From positions 1 to 55,236 of IMG/VR virus record IMGVR_UViG_3300028802_000019: 55,236 bases of DNA. One strand, 5' to 3'. The translations under genes and the position numbers were made by a program. This document shows, piece after piece, positions 26,401 to 33,969 of this stretch. The DNA is from a virus. Its lineage: Duplodnaviria > Caudoviricetes. Numbering within the stretch: the stretch's first letter is position 1; every line of letters begins with the position of its first letter. Under the pieces are notes generated by a model. The model made no database searches. It had not been told where the DNA came from and saw only the letters and a list, made by a program, of their open reading frames with translations.

Positions 26401-28494
26401 GCGGAAGTACACCGTGTCCTGCCCTGCACCTCCCGTGCCCTGGATGCCGAGGCCGTGGGTGGTGCTGGCAAGGAGCAGGTGCTGCCCGGAGCGAGTGCCG
26501 AAGGTGAGTTGAGCGGTAGCGCCCGTGATGTTCAGGCTGCCGGGAGTGATCGTGCCGCCCGTCAGTTGGAGGTACCCAGCAACGACCGCCGCTGGGGTGA
26601 CAGCGATGGTGGCCAACGGTGATCCGGCGACGGCCTCGGCGTTGGTCGAGAGACGGGTGGCACCAATGACGGTGGTCGAGGCAGCGTTGATCCCGATGCT
26701 GAACGAGGCAGCGAGCGTGCCACCACCCGTGAGCGGAGAGGAGGCCGTGACGGCGATGGTCTTGTCGGCCTTGTTGTTGGTCAGGCCAGAGATCAGTGTG
26801 TCGAGGTTGGTGACATCAGCCGTGACGATGTTGGCGAAGGCACCGGGGACGGTGCTCCCGGCTGACTTCAGGAACTGACCCGTGGTGCCAGGGAGGATCG
26901 TCTGGAAGGCTCCGGTCGCTGTGGTACCGGCTGCGATCACACCGTTGGCGGTGGTGCTCGTGCTCCGTCCGGTGCCACCGTCAGCCACCGACACGTCGGT
27001 GCCGCCCGTGGTGTAGAAGTCCGAGTCGGAGTTGGCGATGTTGAACTGGCTCGCCGTCCCGGTGAGCGTGTTGTTCGTCAGGTTGATCGTCTTGCCGGTC
27101 AGTGTCTCCGTCCCGGCCAGCGTGGCGAAGTCGTTGTCGCTCAGGGCGGTGTTGAACTGAGCCGTCGTGCCGACCAAGGTGTTCGACAACAAGTTGAGCG
27201 TCTTGTTGGTCAGTGTCTCGGCGCCCGCCTGAGTGGCGAAGTCGTTGTCACTGAGCGCCACGTTGAACTGGGTGGTGGTGCCGACCAACACGTTGCTCGC
27301 CAGGTTGAGCGCCTTGTTGGTCAGCGTTTCCGAACCGGCCAAGGTGGCGAAGTCGTTGTCAGTGAGAGCGTTGTTGAACTGACCGGTGGTGCCCGTCACG
27401 GTGTTGGTCAGCAGGCTGATCGCCTTGTTGGTGAACGTCTCCAGGCCTGCCAAGGTGGCGAAGTCGTTGTCGGAGAGCGCAGTGTTGAACTGCACCGTGG
27501 TGCCGGTCACCGTGTTGTTGCCGAGACCGATCGTCTTGTTCGTCAGGGTCTGAGTGCCGGTGAGGGTGGCGAGGGCCGTCGTGTCAGCGATGCCGTGGAT
27601 CGCCGTGGTGTCCGCTTCGTGGGCGGTAAGAGCCGCAGTCGTGGAGAGCAGAGCAGTGTCAGCGATGCCGTGGATGGCTGTCGTGTCGGCCTCGTGAGCA
27701 GCAAGGGCCGCAGTCGTGGCGAGGTCGGCGTCGGTCACCGCCGTGTTGAACTGAGCGATGGTGCCGCTGATGGTGTTGGAGCCGAGGGCGATCGTCTTGC
27801 CGGTCAGTGTCTGCGTGCCCGTCGTCGTGGCGAGGATGGACGTGTCGGCAATGCCGTGGACCGAGGTCGTCGCCCCGGTGTGAGCGGTGAGCGTGGCCGC
27901 ACTGGCTGCACCGAGGGCGGTCAGTGCTGCCGCTGCTGAGGTGGCGCCCGTGCCACCACCAGTGAGAGGTAGCGCCCCGCCCGTGTACTCGGTGAGGTCG
28001 AGGATGATCGTCGCCTCGGTGCCGACAGCGGTGATGTCGAAGCCAGCAGCGGTGAACAGCAGCGAGGTGAAGGCGGTGCCGAGGGAGACACCGCCCTCCT
28101 TGACGGTGATACCAGAGATGCCCCCGCCAGCACCAGGAGGCAGTGCCCAGGTGCCATCGGCGCGCAGGTAGTTGACGGCCCCACCACCGGATGGGGGGAC
28201 GACACCTGGCTGGGCTGCGCCGAACGTGTTGACCGCCAGCGTTCGGTCAGCACTGAGGTCACCGCCACCGGTCAGTGGTGCGGTGGTGGTGATGGTGCGA
28301 GCAGCCGGTACCTCCCCGGTCAGGGTGACCCACTTGGTGTCGTAGTTCGTGGTGCTGTTCTTGGCCAGCACCTGATCGATAGAGCCGCCGACAGGAACAC
28401 CGACGCCGTTGGCTCCCGGTGGACCCTGCCCTCCAGCGCCACCGGACTTCTCCCAGACTCCGGGAGCGGTGAGGACTTTGAGGACGCCGGTCAT
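23425..28494 (-). CDS. Long tail fibre / receptor-binding protein with FN3 domains
   Basis: TLTNKT repeats, HxH/PHPQY motifs, several FN3-like repeats (YYYRIRATNSAG, TGLAASTLYTFQVR). Confidence 0.85.
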   Translation of the reverse strand: MTGVLKVLTAPGVWEKSGGAGGQGPPGANGVGVPVGGSIDQVLAKNSTTNYDTKWVTLTGEVPAARTITTTAPLTGGGDLSADRTLAVNTFGAAQPGVVPPSGGGAVNYLRADGTWALPPGAGGGISGITVKEGGVSLGTAFTSLLFTAAGFDITAVGTEATIILDLTEYTGGALPLTGGGTGATSAAAALTALGAASAATLTAHTGATTSVHGIADTSILATTTGTQTLTGKTIALGSNTISGTIAQFNTAVTDADLATTAALAAHEADTTAIHGIADTALLSTTAALTAHEADTTAIHGIADTTALATLTGTQTLTNKTIGLGNNTVTGTTVQFNTALSDNDFATLAGLETFTNKAISLLTNTVTGTTGQFNNALTDNDFATLAGSETLTNKALNLASNVLVGTTTQFNVALSDNDFATQAGAETLTNKTLNLLSNTLVGTTAQFNTALSDNDFATLAGTETLTGKTINLTNNTLTGTASQFNIANSDSDFYTTGGTDVSVADGGTGRSTSTTANGVIAAGTTATGAFQTILPGTTGQFLKSAGSTVPGAFANIVTADVTNLDTLISGLTNNKADKTIAVTASSPLTGGGTLAASFSIGINAASTTVIGATRLSTNAEAVAGSPLATIAVTPAAVVAGYLQLTGGTITPGSLNITGATAQLTFGTRSGQHLLLASTTHGLGIQGTGGAGQDTVYFRSPTAFYWYKGGSPHSDIAGNPGVGGVQVLSLVETGVPATSLFKYKTYRIWHEGNQGHTADNSGINADMLDTFHASYFANRAEMESLLGDLLYVGLYDAAAYRTTGTKPDPDWELGPTVYRHGMYWVCSSSGFLDFIDADASGRYDVDVDDQVEVANGDWIIAIDPLFNPANPAHDAGTDLTLADMTFQYIPFSAETFVKNQILAHIAAADPHPQYFKEEYEADGTVVRYAPLVHNHQAEIRQQVINHQIQDPWAVSAWSWDPSGVVTLTVDSRHSILPNSHINIANVDLGFNGKWNVLDSETAPNLISFFYGTTAPPGYTVPVTLGTAGQVYNDPHSQYLDADEAAATYLTEERADTLYADVVHDHDGRYELFGAVALHEAAENPHPLYLTQTEGDVAYAIKGHTHPEILEVHPTDGANSADIWIGDQQPTVANGVAVGDLWIETAPLGLQAPTVKTLTVSNGTTSASVVLSWQQWAASESLTVISLERSENGTTWPPTSPAVVLTTDKTLTTFTDTGRTANTIYYYRIRATNSAGSGAYSSTVSIVTKPADVTGVNATSSGPTNSAVSWTAPAGGTYTYEVYVNSVLATTTSSLSYTASGITENETTTFGIRSKGSTGLFGTTVNDTITSGNAAPVQPASITMSSVDYDSAVATWPASTSSDRKDYEVFLGSTSKGFTTALSYTFTGLAASTLYTFQVRTRDTGLLYSPYRSTTATTAAPPDTTPPTAPTINSFQPAGTYGTMVLNATLNAGTTQYRIDSSINNSTWTVELNWTARGAGAIPARTIGTYAAGTTVYCRVYAADAAGNSTYTNATAYTLISSPTYITASSTNHWRASGTWNAMGTSRPVQGYYSNSGYNATGCWFYGTKPNTTLYYGGRRTITSGKIWLKRMDGGDGVDRDVTLWEHTYTSVPAGAPSLYNGTDIDANLPWNGAAVSITLPATWAADLVSGAPYKGIAVYKSTADGTTNYMTLANLSEDANTGRLEIHHLG
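27040..27860 (-). repeat. Coding tandem repeats in the tail fibre: 111-bp (37 aa) and 75-bp (25 aa) units
   Basis: GTCGTTGTC at 27130, 27241, 27352 and 27463; GTGTCAGCGATGCCGTGGAT at 27581 and 27656. Confidence 0.85.
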
Positions 28495-29249
28495 CCTGGG
28501 AACCAGAGTCCGTCGATGCGGTTGTACGCACCGGCTGCGTAGGTCTCAGCGGTACCGGTCCCTGAGTTGCGGATCACTCGGAGGTCAAGGATCAGCGCAA
28601 CACCGGCCGACGTACCGATCGCCCCCGAGAGCACGGAGTGGTACTGACTGGTGTTGGCGGCGGTCATGCACGGGTAGTCCTGGGCCTGGATGGTGGTCGT
28701 CGGACGGTCCACGATGTCCACGGAGAATGTGTCGGTGGCGACCGTCCTGTTGATCCTCAGCATCGCTGAGAAGTAGACGCTGCCGTTGATGGCCTGGGCC
28801 GGGACGGTGAGGGAACAGGCGACCCTCGGCGTCGTCCCTGAGGTGAAGCCCGCAGTGCCGCTGTTGGCGTAGCGCTTGGGGATCCGATCATCGACGTAGG
28901 CCGGGGTGGCGTAGCGGAGATCGAGGTCGGCGTCCTCGTCGGTGTCCCACCACATCTCGATGCTGGCATCGGTCGGAGCCGAGGGGCCGACCCACAGGGT
29001 GTCGGTGACGGTGCCTCCTCCCCCGCCGCCGCCGCCGCCACCGGTCCCGACGCCGAGCCACACCGGGAACTCGGGGCGCCCACCGTGGAAGGCCACCCAG
29101 CCCATCTCCGAGGACGTCGGAGGGGAGCCGACGAAGGCGGTGATGATGACGTCCTGCTCCCCGAAGACCTGGGGGACGTTGGCCGTCAGCTTGGTGCCGT
29201 CGAGGCGCTGGGCCTTCGCTCGATAGACGCCAGGGTATGGGGCAGCCAT
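28491..29249 (-). CDS. Gp5/GpV-like OB-fold baseplate spike-related protein
   Basis: YPGVYRA..VPQVFG..GWVAFHGGRPEFPVWLG, followed by a poly-Gly linker. Confidence 0.7.
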   Translation of the reverse strand: MAAPYPGVYRAKAQRLDGTKLTANVPQVFGEQDVIITAFVGSPPTSSEMGWVAFHGGRPEFPVWLGVGTGGGGGGGGGGTVTDTLWVGPSAPTDASIEMWWDTDEDADLDLRYATPAYVDDRIPKRYANSGTAGFTSGTTPRVACSLTVPAQAINGSVYFSAMLRINRTVATDTFSVDIVDRPTTTIQAQDYPCMTAANTSQYHSVLSGAIGTSAGVALILDLRVIRNSGTGTAETYAAGAYNRIDGLWFPG

Positions 29250-29251
29250 AC

Positions 29252-29638
29252 CTACCTCAGGAAGAGGCGGAAGGTCTGAGCGCTGATCTCCGTGCCGTTG
29301 TCCCCTGGGACGTTGTCGAACCCGATGGCCACGCCGAGATCGAGGCCGCGCACAGCGACGTGGCCCCGAGCGATGGCGATGCCCTTGCAGGCCTGAGCTA
29401 CGGCCCCGGCACCGATGGCCCGGATCGTAGGCAGGTATGACTCATCGAAGATGCTGCGCTGGATCGAGGAGGCCACAGCCTGGGGTGGGGACGCTGCGCC
29501 GACACGCATCACGTCGCGCATGTCCATGAGCGGCTGGGGGACGGGGAGCGGCGTCGGGGTGGGACGCACCACGGGCTGGGACTTCAGGTTGTAGACGTCA
29601 ACCTCGTCGTCATCAACGACTGCGACCATTGGTTCCAC
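29252..29638 (-). CDS. spoVS: SpoVS-family (Alba-like) protein
   Basis: VGAASPPQAVASSI..IRAIGAGAVAQACKGIAIARG..EISA is the SpoVS signature. Confidence 0.85.
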   Translation of the reverse strand: MEPMVAVVDDDEVDVYNLKSQPVVRPTPTPLPVPQPLMDMRDVMRVGAASPPQAVASSIQRSIFDESYLPTIRAIGAGAVAQACKGIAIARGHVAVRGLDLGVAIGFDNVPGDNGTEISAQTFRLFLR

Positions 29639-29676
29639 TGGTGCTCCTCAGGTTTGCAACCTGGGAAACGAGAGTA

Positions 29677-30192
29677 TCAGTCGGCCATGTCCCGAACCGG
29701 TGCAAGGATCTTGCGCGGTGCCCGCATGGGGTTATCAGCGATCCACTTGGCCGCTATGAAGCAGGCCTCAGCGCGGCCATCATCCTTCACACGCTTGAAG
29801 CTGTCAGCGTAGGTAGGCCAGCGTTCAGTTGCCTTACGTCGGGACAGCGCCTTGTCGTTGTTCAGCCTGAAGTGCCGCTTCCATTCCGCCGCCGTGTAGA
29901 AGGTGGTCGGGATCTCCAGAGCAGCGAGGACGCCGAGGATCACGCCGTAACCGACGCCGTAGGTGAACACCCCGGCCACGCCCTGCTTGGGCATCGAGTG
30001 AGCGCTCTCGACCACCGCCATCTTGATCGGGCCGTAGCCCTGGACCAGGCGCGCCAGCAGGTGACCGTTGACCGCCTTGCCGAGCAGAGGCATGTCTTCA
30101 AGCTCTCGGATCGTCCCGTCGAGACCGAGGAAGGCGAGCGCCCCCTTCTGTCCGGGGTCGATGCCGAGCACCTTGGTGTTCACGGTGACCAC
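29677..30192 (-). CDS. ruvC: RuvC-like Holliday junction resolvase
   Basis: VLGIDPGQKGALA, VVE, WKRHF, DGRAEA. Confidence 0.85.
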   Translation of the reverse strand: MVTVNTKVLGIDPGQKGALAFLGLDGTIRELEDMPLLGKAVNGHLLARLVQGYGPIKMAVVESAHSMPKQGVAGVFTYGVGYGVILGVLAALEIPTTFYTAAEWKRHFRLNNDKALSRRKATERWPTYADSFKRVKDDGRAEACFIAAKWIADNPMRAPRKILAPVRDMAD

Positions 30193-30677
30193 CGTGCGAC
30201 ACGTCGCTCCACGGCCTCCCGCCCGAGGCGACGGGTCAGTTCACGAGAGACGGCGGCGGCGCTGGCCACGCAGTTCTCGTAGACCACCTGGCGCATCTTG
30301 CGCAGAGCGTAGGCGTTCATCTGATCCTGCTTGGCCTTCTCGATCTCGGGGTCGAGGGCCATCTGGCTGCGGGCCACGGTCACCTTGTCCCTGGCCGACT
30401 GCCAGTTGAGGACCATGTGCTGGGCCTCCAGGAACTTGACGTTGCGGTCGGCGCGCTCCTCCTCCACCTCGGCGGCGGCGAACTCGGTGGCGGCGTAGTT
30501 CTGCCAGGCGACGAAGCGGAAGAAGATTTGCATGAGCCGCTCATCGCTGATGATGGTGACGTCGTCAGGTATCTCCGGTACGTCGTACCGCGGCATCCCG
30601 AAGGGCACGTTTGCGGACGGCAGGTTTCGCTCGTCGGACCTTGGGCGTCGGATCCGGCGCACTCTCTCGTTGCTCAT
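30180..30677 (-). CDS. Helical hypothetical protein (possibly a UvsY-like recombination mediator)
   Basis: ATG 30677 after GGAG; all-helical with SRELTRR; lies between nuclease genes. Confidence 0.6.
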   Translation of the reverse strand: MSNERVRRIRRPRSDERNLPSANVPFGMPRYDVPEIPDDVTIISDERLMQIFFRFVAWQNYAATEFAAAEVEEERADRNVKFLEAQHMVLNWQSARDKVTVARSQMALDPEIEKAKQDQMNAYALRKMRQVVYENCVASAAAVSRELTRRLGREAVERRVARWSP

Positions 30678-31572
30678 CGATACTCCAGCAGGTAGCTCGG
30701 TACGGACACGACGGACAGACCTTGCCCTCCGGTCCCGTCGCCCAGTCGGGGCGCTCGGGGAGGTGGCCGGTGCGCACACATTGTGACACTTCGTGCGCCA
30801 CGTTCAGGATGGGGGCGATGAAGCTCTTGTTGTAGTCCACCACGAACTCCTTGGTCTGCTGGTGGAACTTCGACTCGTAGATGAACACGATCTGCTCGTA
30901 GGCAGGCCAGGCCATCCACAGGTACAACTGGCCCTGGCGCATGTGCGACGAGAACGGGTGGTTGATGTCGCGCCAGATGTCCTCGGCCGACTGGCCGTCG
31001 AGGTACCGCTGGTACAGCCGGGGAGCTTCGAAGGCGAGCGTGCGGATGCCGATGGACTTGATCTCGATGAGGCTGCGGAACTCGGGGAGGTGGACGGCGC
31101 CATCGGCGTGGCCCTCCACCATGTAGCGCTCGTGGTGGAGCGGTAGCTCGCGGTACTCCAGGCGCTCGCTGCGACAGAACTGGCACTCGACCGGGGACTT
31201 GGCGTACCAGCGGTGGCCGCACTCCTTGCAGCGGAACCAACCGACGAGGCACCCCATCTCCCACAGCCAGGTCTGCCACTTGCCGTGGATGGCGTGGCCC
31301 TCAGCGAACACGTTGTTCATGCGGAAGCTGGGGTTGGCCGAGGTGACCTTGCCTGTGGGGGTGCCGACCAGGCGGTAGTAGTCGTGGCGCCCGCACCACT
31401 CGGGCTTGACCATGTCCGAGGGGTGCATGTACTTGTCGGAGTGGTCGTCGGGACGGGAGTCCGTCATCGTGCGCATCACGTGGCGCTCGATGTGGGGGAG
31501 CAGCAGCCCCGACTTCGATCGATACGTGTCTTTGAGCCGCCGTAGAGCGGTATGGCGCACGGTTCTTGTCAT
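30565..31572 (-). CDS. Cas4-like PD-(D/E)XK exonuclease with Zn-ribbon insert
   Basis: HPS..C, GHAIH, GHADG, IEIKS, QGQLY, C-terminal CPSCPYRATCW. Confidence 0.85.
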   Translation of the reverse strand: MTRTVRHTALRRLKDTYRSKSGLLLPHIERHVMRTMTDSRPDDHSDKYMHPSDMVKPEWCGRHDYYRLVGTPTGKVTSANPSFRMNNVFAEGHAIHGKWQTWLWEMGCLVGWFRCKECGHRWYAKSPVECQFCRSERLEYRELPLHHERYMVEGHADGAVHLPEFRSLIEIKSIGIRTLAFEAPRLYQRYLDGQSAEDIWRDINHPFSSHMRQGQLYLWMAWPAYEQIVFIYESKFHQQTKEFVVDYNKSFIAPILNVAHEVSQCVRTGHLPERPDWATGPEGKVCPSCPYRATCWSIDEQRESAPDPTPKVRRAKPAVRKRALRDAAVRRTGDT

Positions 31573-31856
31573 AGTGGGAAGTCGTCCTCCTCAATCAGTA
31601 TCAGGCGGCGCTTCTTGCGGCCCATAGTGATGTGCAACGCAGGGATACGCCCATCGGAGAGGGCGTGCTTGCGCAGTTCCTCCCAGTCGTCCTCCTTGAT
31701 CGTGTACTGACGGTTGCCGGTGGTCTTCTGCTCCCAGAGAATGGCGGTCCCCTCTCGCACGTCGTTGCGCCGCAGCCATCCGCTGCCGCTGCCGCCAGTC
31801 AGGGCACCGCCACGGCGGCGAGCCAGGCGTCGCTCCTCCTTCTCCCACTCCTTCAC
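31569..31856 (-). CDS. Small PD-(D/E)XK Holliday junction resolvase-like nuclease
   Basis: E..GSGSGW...D...EQKTT. Confidence 0.7.
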   Translation of the reverse strand: MKEWEKEERRLARRRGGALTGGSGSGWLRRNDVREGTAILWEQKTTGNRQYTIKEDDWEELRKHALSDGRIPALHITMGRKKRRLILIEEDDFPL

Positions 31857-32074
31857 TCATCCAGCCAGACGATCCTGGTCTGCCCACCGTGGCCGTGGAC
31901 ATGCTCGACGGACTCCATGCCCCGCTCGTAGTGGACGACCGATGACGGCCACTGACTGACCCAGTGGAGCACCGCCACGTCATCGGAGAAGAGGACGCCC
32001 TCGGCCACCACGCCGGTCCCCGAGATCCCGGTGACATCGACGTCCCGATGCAGTTCGAACCGACGTGCAGTCAT
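31853..32074 (-). CDS. Small phage hypothetical protein
   Basis: RRFELHRDVDVTGISGTGVVAEG..HGHGG. Confidence 0.7.
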   Translation of the reverse strand: MTARRFELHRDVDVTGISGTGVVAEGVLFSDDVAVLHWVSQWPSSVVHYERGMESVEHVHGHGGQTRIVWLDE

Positions 32075-32310
32075 GGTTTCACCTCACCAACGACAAGGAA
32101 GTAGGCCTCGGCCAACTGGGCGCTCTGGTAGGGGGTCAGACCGGCGTCGGGGTCACCCTTGGCACACCAGTACTCGTGAGCGATGAGGTGACCGATGCCG
32201 CCGAGCACCTCGCGCAGCATGCACACTCGGTGGGCCTGGCGGGCACCCTCCTCGGTGTACAGCGTGGCCCAGTCCCCGGTGACCTCCTCCTCGCACAACG
32301 GACAGGTCAT
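32071..32310 (-). CDS. Small Zn-binding protein
   Basis: CPLC..HRVC. Confidence 0.6.
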   Translation of the reverse strand: MTCPLCEEEVTGDWATLYTEEGARQAHRVCMLREVLGGIGHLIAHEYWCAKGDPDAGLTPYQSAQLAEAYFLVVGEVKP

Positions 32311-33365
32311 GACTTCTTCACCCGACGCTTGGGCCGCGGTGCCTGCTCCTCGACTGGGACACCGAGGAGCAGGCGCCGCACCTCTGTGTCTACTGCACGA
32401 CGGAGGTCGAGATCCTCACGAAGGGCTTGGAGCACGGGTTCCTTGCCGGTCCACCGCTGGTCGTTGTAGTGGTACTGGTTCGTCGTACGGGTGATCACGT
32501 CGTAGGTGAGGGCGATGTTGAACACCTGGCCGACGTCGTCGTACATGCCCTTGCGGAACGGCATGTGGTCAGTGAAGTAGAAGGGTGTGACACCGACCCG
32601 CTCCGGTGGAGCCGTCTTGTTCTTCATGCCGCGGGCCTTGATGTTGAGGCCGACCTTGACCTTGGACTCCTTGTCCTCGATCCACCCGTCGCGGGCCACC
32701 TCGATGCGGGTGAAGTAGCTGAAGTTCTTGCCCTTGCCTCCGGGCGTGGTGCGAGGGTCACCGAAGACGACGCCGACGCGGTCGCGCCACTGGTTGATGA
32801 TCAGGCACAGGCAGTCGCGCTCGCCCTCCTTGCGCCGCTGGGCCGGGGGTGACTTGCGCATCAGCTTGTTGGTCAGCCGTGCCCCGAGGCCGACCACCCA
32901 CTGGTCCATGTCGCCCTCGCCCTCGGAGGTCGGTATCAAAGCCGGGTATGAGTCGAGCACCACGGCGTCCACCGACTGGGTGTCGAGCGCCTCGATCATC
33001 ACCTCGTAGGCCTCCTCCATGATGTTGGTCTGCGCCAGCACCATCCGGTCGTTGTCCACGCCCAGCGCCTCGGCCCACACCTTGTCGTAGTCCTCGCTGG
33101 CGACCCACAGCGCCCGATACTCAGGGTTGAGGGTCATGTTGGCGGCGATCGTCTTCAGCGCCAGCACCGTCTTGCCGTGGCTCTCGTTGCCGATGATCTC
33201 GTTCCAGCAGTTGAGCGGCCAGCCACCGCCGAGCATCAGGTCGAAGCTGAGGCTGCCGGTGGTGACGCGGCGGAAGGTCGGGATGCTGCTGGCGTAGACC
33301 AGCACCTCGGCCTTCAGCCGCTTGTTGACGCGGGTGATGAGGGCGTCGATCTCCGTGCTGCTCAT
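32307..33365 (-). CDS. recA: RecA/UvsX-like recombinase
   Basis: TGSLSFDLMLGGG, GNESHGKT, VLDS, INQWR, TTPGG. Confidence 0.93.
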   Translation of the reverse strand: MSSTEIDALITRVNKRLKAEVLVYASSIPTFRRVTTGSLSFDLMLGGGWPLNCWNEIIGNESHGKTVLALKTIAANMTLNPEYRALWVASEDYDKVWAEALGVDNDRMVLAQTNIMEEAYEVMIEALDTQSVDAVVLDSYPALIPTSEGEGDMDQWVVGLGARLTNKLMRKSPPAQRRKEGERDCLCLIINQWRDRVGVVFGDPRTTPGGKGKNFSYFTRIEVARDGWIEDKESKVKVGLNIKARGMKNKTAPPERVGVTPFYFTDHMPFRKGMYDDVGQVFNIALTYDVITRTTNQYHYNDQRWTGKEPVLQALREDLDLRRAVDTEVRRLLLGVPVEEQAPRPKRRVKKS

Positions 33366-33389
33366 GGTTCCCCTGACGAAAGAGCGGGG

Positions 33390-33779
33390 TCAGCCCTGCC
33401 AGGTGGCCTGGAGACCCTGCGTGAACAATCCGTTGTAGCCGCACTGGAAGCAGTGCGGTGCCGGTGGAGGGCCACGACGGGCGCCCTCGGTGCGGCTGTA
33501 GTACTGGTCCGACCCACACTCGGGGCACGGCTCACGGTCAACCCGGTGAGCCTTGCCGCCCCGCCAATGCTGCATCGCCCCCCACAGATTCTCGGTGGTC
33601 ACCGGAGGTAGCTGCTGCTGTTGCGGGATGGGCTGGTTGAACAGACTGAGTTGCTGCTGTGGTGGGTATCCGGGGCGTGCCACCTGCTGTGGTGGGGCTG
33701 CTGGGGCGGGCGGACGTCCCACAGCACCACCACGGGCTGCCGCCATCTTGCGCTGGTACCAGGAGGCCGAGTCAGACAT
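33390..33779 (-). CDS. Zn-ribbon protein with P/Q-rich N-terminus
   Basis: CPECGS..CFQCGY. Confidence 0.7.
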   Translation of the reverse strand: MSDSASWYQRKMAAARGGAVGRPPAPAAPPQQVARPGYPPQQQLSLFNQPIPQQQQLPPVTTENLWGAMQHWRGGKAHRVDREPCPECGSDQYYSRTEGARRGPPPAPHCFQCGYNGLFTQGLQATWQG

Positions 33780-33957
33780 CGCAGGACAAGGCGCACACGG
33801 CGTCAGCGAAGAACGACAGGAGCGCCCCGGCGATGCCCTGGGTGAGCATCTCCTCGGACTCCGCGGTGGGCAGGGAGGCGACGATCTGTTGAGCGTAGTC
33901 GTCGGCCAACGGGACGACCTTCTCAGCCACTGTGCTCACCTGAGTGGGCATGGACAT
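33772..33957 (-). CDS. Small hypothetical protein
   Basis: GAGG RBS; fills the gap. Confidence 0.5.
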   Translation of the reverse strand: MSMPTQVSTVAEKVVPLADDYAQQIVASLPTAESEEMLTQGIAGALLSFFADAVCALSCDV

Positions 33958-33969
33958 GATCGTACGACC

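Noticed and set aside
27040-27860. Periodic DNA repeats as a CRISPR array or DGR template
   Set aside because: They are in-frame coding repeats with synonymous variation; no unique spacers and no reverse transcriptase in the window.
30565-31572. Cas4-like gene as evidence of a CRISPR-Cas system
   Set aside because: No array or other cas genes were seen; solo Cas4-like nucleases are common phage recombination genes.
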